Source: Octopus vulgaris
Lineage: Eukaryota
Assembly: GCA_951406725.2 (NCBI GenBank)
Contig: OX597814.1
Coordinates: 141,608,001-141,672,000, forward strand
Direction of reading: 5' to 3'
DNA length: 64,000 nucleotides
The notes beneath the pieces are model-generated. The model did no database searches, was not told the origin of the DNA, and worked only from the letters and a program-made list of their open reading frames with translations. This document shows, in pieces, positions 54,361-64,000 of the stretch. The first letter of the stretch is position 1. Every line of letters starts with the position of its first letter. The translations under genes were made by a program, and so were the position numbers.

Positions 54361-56580
54361 TGGGAGTGATCTTCCTTGCTCTCATTATTTCTACGATTTC
54401 AAGTTTCTAGTATTTAAGATGTTCTGAATTTTTACCACACCCTACAGATTTTAGTGTATTATGACCACTACTTGGCCGAGTGTATAGTACCAGTCCTGAT
54501 CTGTTGGAGAAATTTTCTAAAATAAAATTTCACGTTATTAAGATGGTCTTTAGAATAAATAATACATAAAACTGTCTTACATAAAATTGTAATTTCAGGT
54601 TTTAATTTAAATATGGATGTGTAACGATAATGACTGAACGTGAAGATGTCTTGGAAAAATGAATGAAAGAAGAACATTATTACGAAGGTCATTTACTTTT
54701 GTTTGTAAATGCAGTAATATGGTTTCTGTCCGTGGTTCATTCTCTATGTTAGTAGCTTTTCTGCGACTGCTACGAAGAAAGATATAGTAACAATTGTCTT
54801 TATAATTAGAGAGAGTTATGACTTTGTTAAGCTATACATAAAAATAATCACAAGCGAGAGTGTGTCTAAGTATCCTTTATTCTGCTTCAGTCATCTACAC
54901 TGCGAGGAAGAAAACGATCGGCCATTTAAATCCGAGTTTCATTTACCGCCTAACCGGAAGTCCTTTCTATCTGCGGACCTGCTCGATAGCTAGCCCGCAG
55001 TCAAGGACCTTGTCTATAGTTCGTCTGTTATGAGTTCATTGGCAATATCCTACAGAGCGATAGTTCTATTCTCGCACGTCACTCTTTGACTGTGGAATCG
55101 GCCGATGCTCTTGGTTTTGCATCGCATTTACCAAAGAGGTGGACTTAACATTTAACTGTGTATTTATATGTTTAATAATTAAAGTAGGTCAACTGAGAAC
55201 AGCAGAATTTCTCCAGAATGATCTGTTTTGCTCTTTTCACGATCAGAGAAAGATCAACAGGTCAACTTATTCACATTAATCTTCAAGTGCGGAGAGGAGA
55301 AAACAATAGACCGGAAAATTGCTTGTCAATTAATAAAAAGGTAGATTCGGTTTCGAATTTTTTAAATTCTCTTACTTGTTTCAGTCATTTGACCGGGCCT
55401 ATTTTGTTATTTTGTTGCTGGTCGCAACAAACGCTTTAAAATGAGAAATCTCGTAACCTAAACCCATGCGGTTAGTTCGGAAAGGGTTAAAGTGAATGCC
55501 AAAAAATTAGATTCCTTGCATGATTTTACATAGCCAAGAGTTTACTATTTTTTTTATAATTCAACACTCAGAAGAGGTAATTCTATAAAGATTCCAATAC
55601 GTAAACAGACTCAAGATTTAATAATCAATTTTTATTCATTCACAAATCCTCCGCAAGCAATTAATCAATTTTCCGTATCAACAGCCTCTATTGATAAGTG
55701 CACAAATATAGTCCAGATATATGTAAACAGAAACATGTAGCACCAAATCAGCCAGTCGTAATATATGCAGTCGTACACAAACCTTTTTTCAGGTTTCAGA
55801 TGCTTAAATACAAATCTTTGTGGACATATCTTTAATTATTCATAAATTATTGAATATGAATATAAGAAAGAAACATCAAATGTTAGAAATGAAATAATTT
55901 GTAACTTTGAAAGCTACAAAAGATATTCATGTACCAAACGGAGAGCTTCAAACAGGGAAGATTGTTAGGCAAAACGTTAGAATGCAAAGAACCAAAGTCC
56001 ACCTTGCTACTTTTGATTCCCGTTAGAAGCATTTTTCCCTTTAATTTATGTTATCAATGCTGTGAATGAAGGTGTTACAAATGTTATATGACTTCTTTCT
56101 ATTTCAATGCAAATTTGTCACCAAGTCTATGCTAATGTTGCTAAGTCGATAAACCTATATATGTAGGACTTCGTATGGCCCTGCCTGAGATTCGAAACCG
56201 AATCTAGAAATTCTCCCTGACTTTACGTTCTGGGTTCAAATTCCGCCGAGATCGACTTTGCCTTTCATACTTTCGGGGTCAATAAATTAAGTAGAAACCC
56301 GTTGTATATATAAGTATATGTATATATTTATATGTGTATCTTTGTGTCTGTGTTTGTCCCCTCCACCCACATCGCTTTACAACCGATGTTGGTGAGTTTA
56401 CGTCCCCGTAGCTTAGCGGTTCGGCAAAAAGACAGATTGAACTCGAACAAGTACCAGGCTTACACAATATAAGTCCAAGGGTCGATTTCTTCGACTAAAA
56501 GGCAGTGCTCCAGCATAGGCCCGGTCAAATGACTGAAACAAGTAAGAGAATTTAAAAAATAGAATAAACCCACACACAAA

Positions 56581-56980
56581 GGCGCAGGAGTGGCTGTGTG
56601 GTAAGTAGCTTGCTAACCAACCACATGGTTCCGGGTTCAGTCCCATTGCGTGGCATCTTGGGCAAGTGTCTTCTGCTATAGCCCCGGGCCGACCAATGCC
56701 TTGTGAGTGGATTTGGTAGACGGAAACTGAAAGAAGCCCGTCGTATATATGTATATATATATGTGTGTGTGTGTATGCGTGTGTGTCTGTGTTTGTCCCC
56801 TAGCATTGCTTGACGACCGATGCTGGTGTGTTTACGTCCCTGTCACTTAGCGGTTCGGCAAAAGAGACCGATAGAATAAGTACTGGGCTTGCAAAGAATA
56901 AGTCCCGGGGTCGATTTGCTCGACTAAAAGGCGGTGCTCCAGCATGGCCACAGTCAAATGACTGAAACAAGTAAAAGAGC
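56581..56980 (+). mobile_element. SINE family A, young (preceded by a 3'-half copy at 56293-56550)
   Basis: Full head, body and tail. Confidence 0.92.
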
Positions 56981-57659
56981 AAAAAGCAAAGAACAAACAT
57001 ATAATCTCATATTCACAAGCGCAATTTTCTGGCAGTTGCCGAAAGTAATTTCGCGTGATTGATTAACAAACTTAGATCCGGCCATCATGATTTTATCAGT
57101 AACATACTTCCTATACTCATCCCTGCGCACTACAAAACGCTGCAATGCTAAGAGGCAGCATGAGACAGAAAGTCTAGGAACACTAATGTATTTAAGAATG
57201 CGGTTGTATTTTTAAATGACTAGTAAGAAAATATGAAAGTCATTATAAAGGTTTAACTTGGACACTCATACACGCCCGGGGGTATATGTGTGTGTATACA
57301 TATATAAATGATTGTGTGCATATGTGTGGGCATTTAGATAGATATGTGTGTGTGTATAAATATATGTGTACATATATGAATATGTACATACAGCACTTGT
57401 GTATGTGTGTGTGTGTGTGTAAAAAGAGAGAGAGAAGAAGGTAGATAGATAGGAAGATAGGTACATAGATGTATATACATGTGCTGTATATGTATGTGTA
57501 TGGATGTCAGTATATCTACGCGCACACATATATCTACGTATATTATAGGTGTGTGTGTGTGTGTGTGTGTGTACGTACGTATGTATATATGTATTTGCAT
57601 GTATATGTATTTGTGTTTATATATGTACTTGTGCATATATATGTATTTGTGTATGTATA

Positions 57660-57878
57660 TACTCTTTTACTCTTTTACTTGTTTCAGTCATTTGACTGCG
57701 GCCATGCTGGAGCACCGCCTTTAGTCGAGCAAATCGCCCCCGGGACTTATTCTTTGTAAGCCCAGTACTTATTCTATCGGTTTCTTTTGCCGAACCGCTA
57801 AGTGACGGGGACGTAAACACACCAGCATCGGTTGTCAAGCAATGCTAGGGAGACAGACACAGACACACAAACACATAC

Positions 57879-57909
<31 letters not shown>

Positions 57910-58075
57910 CATATATACGACTGGCTTCTTTCAGTTTCCGTCTACCAAATCCACTCACAAGGCATTGGTCAGCCCGGGGCTATAGTAGAAGACACTTGCC
58001 CAAGATGTCACGCAGTGGGACTGAACCCGGAACCATGTGGTTGGTTAGCAAGCTACTTACCACACAGCCACTCCT
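57660..58075 (-). mobile_element. SINE family A, young
   Basis: Full head, body and tail. Confidence 0.92.
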
Positions 58076-58257
58076 ATGTATATAATAACAAACACAAAAC
58101 CAAGGAAATGAACATTTTTTCTTAAACAACGAAAATATAGAGTACAAGACATACAACACAAGGAAAATTCCCCTTCTTCAGCCGCGTCTGTTTCATCTAC
58201 TCCGCGTTACGAAGGTATGTATGTATATGTATTTGTGGTAGTGGTGGGGGGCACCGG

Positions 58258-59275
58258 TCAGTTTGTTTTAAATGTTACTGTTAACATGCAATCCACTTTA
58301 AACATGTTACTGCTCACAAGAATTGTACAGCTCACAAAAATTGGCAGGGGCAAGGTCTCGATATGACGATCCAGGCCGCCTCGGAAGACCTAGAAAAATG
58401 ATACAAACAATCACGGTTGAGGACATAATACCGAGGGTTAGAGTGGCAGGCAGGATCCCTCGGTGCTATAAATATCCTCCACTACCGCAGAAATACAAGC
58501 CAAGCCCGTGAGGAGGAAGGAAGCCTCACCTCCGCCTCCAGCAGTAACAAGTGCAGAAGCAGAGATAAGCAAAGATAAGGAAGAAGACGGGTGGGGAAAG
58601 GTGGGGAAAAAAAGTAGACAGAGAAGGAGGAAGACAATCTGTGAGTGATGAAGCCCATCCCACGCCCACCCGACTCCCACCCAAACCAACCCTTCCCCTG
58701 AAGACACCAATCCTCTCACTGTCCCACCTGACACGGAAAAAACGAGCATATGCACACAGGAGCCCCAAATTTCCCAACCCCTGTCCTGTAAGGAAAGAAA
58801 GGAAAAAGAGAAGTACATCGTTTTTTACGATGAAGCAAATGCCAAACTTATAAATGAAATCCATTGTTGGGACAAGACAATATATGTAAGTACGTATCGT
58901 TGTGATGAGGTGCTCAGGAATTTGGGTTATATTATAGTCGATCCTGTGCATGTGGAACGACTAAAGGACTATGAAGAGAACATTAAATACGTGGCAAATG
59001 GCCATAATTTAAATTAAAATTTAAATTAAAACAAGTCTTTGGTTTAGATATTTTACAATGTTTAACAGTTTAAAAATATTTTTTAAAAAAAAGAAGAAAA
59101 AGTATGATTGTAACATTAAATGAAGACGTGGGGTCGAGCGTCATCATTTCATTACTCATTTTATTTCATTTTTATTCATCCTTCCATCTGCTTTTATGTC
59201 CCCACTTTCATTGTACCGTTGTGTTTGTTTATGTACTGTCTCCTGTATATTTAGCCCCCTGTGGGCAATAAAAAT
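58258..59275 (+). mobile_element. Diverged ORF1-only Tx1-like element, copy C
   Basis: ITVEDIIPRVRVAGRIPRCYK parallels IEIPGENSLKVIVEGRRPNYYE of copy B; T-rich UTR ending TTTAGCCCCCTGTGGGCAATAAAAA. Confidence 0.6.
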
Positions 59276-59289
59276 TTTGTTGTTACAAT

Positions 59290-60382
59290 AATCTGAAATG
59301 GAAAAGTCAAAGCGTGGTATTCGAGCAATTTTGCTATTCAACTTAAAATAAAAAAACGTAAAGCAGCTGAAACTGCTTGCGATATCAACGAAATATTTGG
59401 TGAGGAAATGACCAATGAGTGGTTAGCTCGAAAATGGTTTAAACGACTTCGCATTGGAGACCAGTGCCTTGAAGATCGTGAGCGTAGTGGACGCCCATCT
59501 TTCATCGATGATGGTCAATTAAAGACCGTCATTGAGAAAGATCCACGTAAAACCACTCGAGATTTGGCAAAAGAACTTCAAGTTAGCCAGAAAACTGCCT
59601 GCAAACATTTGCATGTGATCGGAAAATGAAAGAAGTTCGACAAATATGTACCACACGACTTGAATGAAAATCAGAAAATGTGCAAATATGAAATTTGCTC
59701 GGCGCTTCTTTTCCGTAACCAATCCAATCCATTTCTCGACCGTGTTGTAACTTGCGATGGAAAGTGGATTCTGTACAATAATAATAAAAAAAAAACGTTT
59801 TTCGCAGTGGTTGGACCAAAATGAAGCACCGAAAACCTTCCCTAAACCCGAGCTCTTCAAAAAGAAGGTTATGGTGACTGGCGGTGTACTGCTGAACTAA
59901 TCCGCTGTAACTTTTAAAAACCCGGAAAAACCATTATTGCAGAAATATATTGCCACGAAATTGCCAAAAATGAACGAAAAACTGCTACTCCTCCGTCCCA
60001 GACTGGTCAACAGAAGAGGGCCAATCATTCTTCATGACAATGCTCGATCACACGTTTCATTAATGACGCTCCAGAAGTTGAAGGAACTTGGTTACGAAGT
60101 TCTTCGCCACCCAGCTTATTCCCCAAACCTTTCTCCCACCGACTACCACTTTTTCAAGCACCTTGATGGTTTACTGCGAGAGAAGGAGTTTAAAAATCAA
60201 ACCGATGCTGAAAGTGCGTTCAAAGAGTTCATCAGCTCCAGAACTCCAGATTTTTATGTTACTCGTGGGCAAAAATGTATTGATTGTAATGGTACTTTAA
60301 TGAATAAAATTTCCGCAATTTTGAAATATATTGTGATAAATTTCATATTTCAAAACATTGCTTACTTTCTACTCATCCTGTT
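59290..60382 (+). mobile_element. Decayed mariner (DD34D) transposon
   Basis: WFKRLRIGDQCLEDRERSGRPS, VVTCDGKWILYNN, ILHDNARSH, HPAYSPNLSPTDYHFF. Confidence 0.92.
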
Positions 60383-61379
60383 AGAACACAATATAGATAG
60401 AAATATCAACTATCTTGTAACAGTGCGATGGCATAAAAATACACGAGATGGTGGAAGAATACAAAATCAAACTCATAAGTCAAATACCAAAGCATAGAAA
60501 GCAAATGCAACGTTTGATGCACATTGCTGTTTATTGTTCCTCTATGCATGCTCAGGATTTCCCGCTATGCCAGAGTAGCACACACCAGCTGTTGCTTACT
60601 ACGGACAATGACATCTTCATGAAATTATATAACAGATAAAAAGCGCGACCTGAAAATTCGTTATGGTACAATTTAGTTCAAAATAATGCAATCAATAATA
60701 CACTACAATGTAATGTAATATTATAATTATAATACTGCGAGACAGATGTCAAAGGTTGTGCTACGTACAAATAAATCAATACTAGCACTACATGCAAAAT
60801 AAAGAACACGAATCCTGATACAGAGTGTAAGTCACAATACCCAGAGATCAGAATGTAAGTGTTTAGTATACATAACGTTGGCATTCTGGAATACACCATC
60901 TCAGGGTGCATAATACAAAAACAAATAGTAAATATAGTAACCAGAATAATCCAAGGATAAAGTATTCTGTTATTCTTGTGTTATACTAGAGACGCGCTGG
61001 TAGGAAGTGGCGGCACTGGCACGACCATACACTTCTTGATCGCCATCACCACCATCGACGTAGTGGATATCCATAAAGGATAGGGCATGTAACATGCGAG
61101 CATTTCTGTTCAAACATTCCAGTCAATCCAGGTTATTCGTTGGGTGAGCAGTGCATAGAGTTTTAGTTGTTTAAAGGTGTGGATATGCCGGGTTTATGAA
61201 GAGGATATAGAATTTCGTGCACCTTATGCATCTGACTAGAACTAGACGACTGGATTGTTAGTAGAAGCCTACGAATCACTCTGACGCGATTCTTATAGCT
61301 CTATTCACGGAGTCCGTGCGCAATAATAAAAGTTTGGATGAATGGATAGTATTCCATCTGATGACTCCGCTCAGAGGGC

Positions 61380-61985
61380 TGTAACGTTATTGTGGTAGGA
61401 ACTCAGTAAAGAAATAAATGAAACAAAGGTGATAACTTTAAATACGTTTATTGTAGTCACACGTATATATACACAAGCTGAATGGAAGTGGTTGATGGAC
61501 GTTTGTTCATATATCTACGTGTATCTACGTGGGTTGTATGTTAGCTGTTGAGAAGCTCACGAACAGCGATGTGTAAGAACCAGTGCAATGTGATGGTGCT
61601 GTGTAGATGTTGACGACGTTGGTGAGAGACATCATGGTGGCGACGAAGATTGAGGTTGCTGTAATGTGGGCAGTGGTTAGTCCTTAGGAAGTCGATAACC
61701 AACTGACGTCAAGCCTCGGAAGAGGTGAGCTTTTATAGCTGACGGGTAGGCTCAAATGTTTGTTTGGAACAGACTGTCTCATGTGACTTACTTGAAAGCT
61801 GTGATTGGTTGGGTTGGGTTGCATATTGGCGCGCGATAGAGTATGAGACAAATTGCACCAATACCAACCAATCGGAGTGGTAGGCACAACGGGGTCCAAA
61901 ACAGCGCTCAAAGGTTAGCTGTTAATTGCTACGTTCATATGTCTGTTATATAATAGAGAGACGAAACTCACTAGAGTTCGCTACA
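61380..61985 (-). mobile_element. Gypsy-type LTR (3' LTR)
   Basis: Ends TGTAACG...CGCTACA. On the minus strand: CCAAT (~61805), TATAAAA (~61731-61737), AATAAA (~61447-61452), and G-rich TGGTGGGG just upstream. Confidence 0.65.
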
Positions 61986-62759
61986 GACGGCCCCACCACA
62001 AGTCATATTGTGGGAGACAAAATAGATGATAAAAGAAAGATATTTCTGTAGCGAAGAGGTGAAAGAGGTCGCGTAACCAGTAAAACTTGATGTGCAAACG
62101 TGATGGACCTACGTGCAACTAAGCGGAAATCACGGGAATGCGAAAAATCAAGGTAACTAAGAGAATATTGGCTGCTGTGAGAGTGGGCTTTGCCAAGAAT
62201 TTGCCTGCAAAACTGAGTCGTTTGCAGAGGCAAAGGTTTTAGGTGCTAGAAAACCGACAGTGACTAGCGAAGAGAGTCAAGCCATAAAGATGGCGGCAAA
62301 AGAAGGAAGTTCCAACATGCAAGAGACTTGGTGTTGATCAGGCACCAAAGGAAGAAAATGCATGGAACGCTACGTGATACAAAAAAAAATGCGTTTGTAA
62401 GAGGTGGTTTGTGCGTCCTACAAACCAAAGAAGAAACGCATGACAAAAACACGTAACGAGCTTTTTGCCGAATGAGAAACGGCTTGAGAAAGGCATTCTG
62501 CTAGCATAAACCTAGAAATGTGTCGGAGTGGGTTGCATGAGGCAGACAACATGTATGTGTGTATGTATGTAAAATAAAATATGAACAAAACATTTAACAA
62601 TCAAAAGAGGAACAACAAGGAAAAACGTTCAGTAAAGAAAGGTGTCCATCAAATAGAACAAAGCGTATATGTACAATGATACAGAAAGAGAGAAAATGTG
62701 AATGCAGTGTCTATAGCAACATAAGTCTATTCTCCGGAACAGTCACGGGCGAAGCAAAG

Positions 62760-63130
62760 TTAAGTGATGTAAATAGCCTGAGACAATTTCTTCGGTGCAT
62801 GTGTTTGTGTAGTTGGTGTTTTGGCGAGTGGATGTGGTACTTGTGTGGGTGACGGTTGTTTGTGGAATGATGATGTGTCAGTAAGTGGCATAAATGTTTC
62901 GGAAAAGGCTTTTTTCTCTGTCGATAGAGACAATCCCCTTTTCCGTGAATGTCCACAGTGAACAATTACGGTGTGCTTTTTAAGAACGCGATCGGGTCCA
63001 GTGTAGGGAGGTGTGAGTGGTCCCTTGACGGCATCATTTCTTACAAACACGCGAGTCCAGGTAGAAATATCTGGAGGTACTGTAGGGATGGGTGCTTTTT
63101 AATGCCACTGGTATTTGTCAAGTCACCATA
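62760..63130 (-). pseudogene. Gypsy integrase C-terminal GPY/F fragment
   Basis: VFVRNDAVKGPLTPPYTGPDRVL. Confidence 0.8.
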
Positions 63131-63910
63131 TGGACTTGTAAGACAGAAAAAGTAGAGGGAAATAGAAAAAGGAAAAAGCTCTCACTATTAAAGAAGGGAG
63201 TATTTGAAAGGAGAGGTGAAGGTGGAAGGCTTTATGCCAGGATGTAGAAAGGCTACAGTTTAACAGCTGGAAATAAATGACTGAAGAAGTTAAAAGGAGG
63301 TAGTGATAGGGTACTAGAGCAAACTCAATGTACAAGAAGGTGAGCATAAGAGAGGACACAGACAGTTAGTCATAGAAAGAGATGAGAGAAAGGTCATTTT
63401 CAAAAAATGTCGGTGGGGAGTAACAGAGAGTTAAATATATGAGTAGATGTGAATGTAGTGAGTGACGAGCAAGGGTGGGTGTGCAGCTGAAGGGAAAAAC
63501 CAGTATCGTGGAGAGTAAGGTGATTAGGTGAGGGATATAGGAGTGGGTGAGGAAGGAAAATATATCAGCAAGTAGTGGGATGACATAGAGAGTGTAGGAG
63601 GAGTGGAGAGGGTGATATGCAGGAATATAAGAGGACTATAGTAAATGGGGCATATTGATAAATATGAGAGAGCATTGAGATTAATAGCAGATAAGTGTTA
63701 AAAATGGAGTATAGCAGAGGGAAGAGAGCAATAGCTGAAGGCACAGCATGGAAGTGATAGGTGGAAATAGTGTGGGCAGAGATGACAATAAGGATGGAAG
63801 TGAGAGAGAAAGTGTGTGGGGAGGAAGGAAATGACCTGAAGGAAGGGGAAGTAATATGTGCCAGTACTACTCTCAGATGATAACAGCAATTGAGTAGTAC
63901 CATAAATGGA

Positions 63911-63958
63911 GTGGTGGATGTTAGATGAAAATCAGTGGTGGATGTTAGATGAAAATCA
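63911..63958. repeat. 24-bp tandem duplication
   Basis: GTGGTGGATGTTAGATGAAAATCA x2. Confidence 0.9.
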
Positions 63959-64000
63959 GAGGAAACGGTCGATGTGTCAGATACAGTGGGGTCAGGACCC

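Noticed and set aside
55470-55490. piggyBac-like end GGG-TTAA
   Set aside because: No matching left end or transposase remnant identified.
58160-58215. Minus-strand CTGAAGA-AGGGG hairpin
   Set aside because: No GAAA follows stem II and the order of core elements is wrong; at most a truncated pLTR.
59408-60497. SETMAR-like domesticated transposase gene
   Set aside because: Multiple frameshifts and stops and no SET domain; ordinary decayed mariner.
61359-61385. CTGATGA next to the LTR edge
   Set aside because: No GAAA core; the downstream GTA belongs to the LTR terminus.

Overview
Repeat-dominated eukaryotic DNA, AT-rich and saturated with (TA)n, (CA)n, (TACA)n, (GATA)n and (TAA)n microsatellites. 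The SINE families and repeat style resemble an octopus (coleoid cephalopod) genome; this is inference from memory, not a search. Most ORF-track entries are microsatellite read-through. Recognisable elements: a near-intact CR1/L2-group LINE running off the left edge, RTE, R4/Dong, Tx1/L1 and Penelope (GIY-YIG) fragments, three decayed Tc1/mariner transposons, mariner and hAT MITEs, a Gypsy 3' end with LTR, and three or more tRNA-derived SINE families. The most striking signal is a dense set of small non-coding elements carrying type I hammerhead ribozyme motifs: about 8 well-formed motifs and about 6 variant or decayed ones. Many sit in TA/CA microsatellites, and several of them or their neighbours are fold-backs (inverted copy of the 3' end plus a tail). 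They include a ~350-nt terminally redundant unit with a 15-bp TSD and a tRNA-headed SINE whose tail carries a hammerhead. A second system is a set of ORF1-only (HAL1-like) Tx1 derivatives plus a SINE with a Tx1-type tail. Two possible host exons lie at about 43.0-43.7 kb on the minus strand (low confidence). All coordinates were read by eye and may be off by a few bases.
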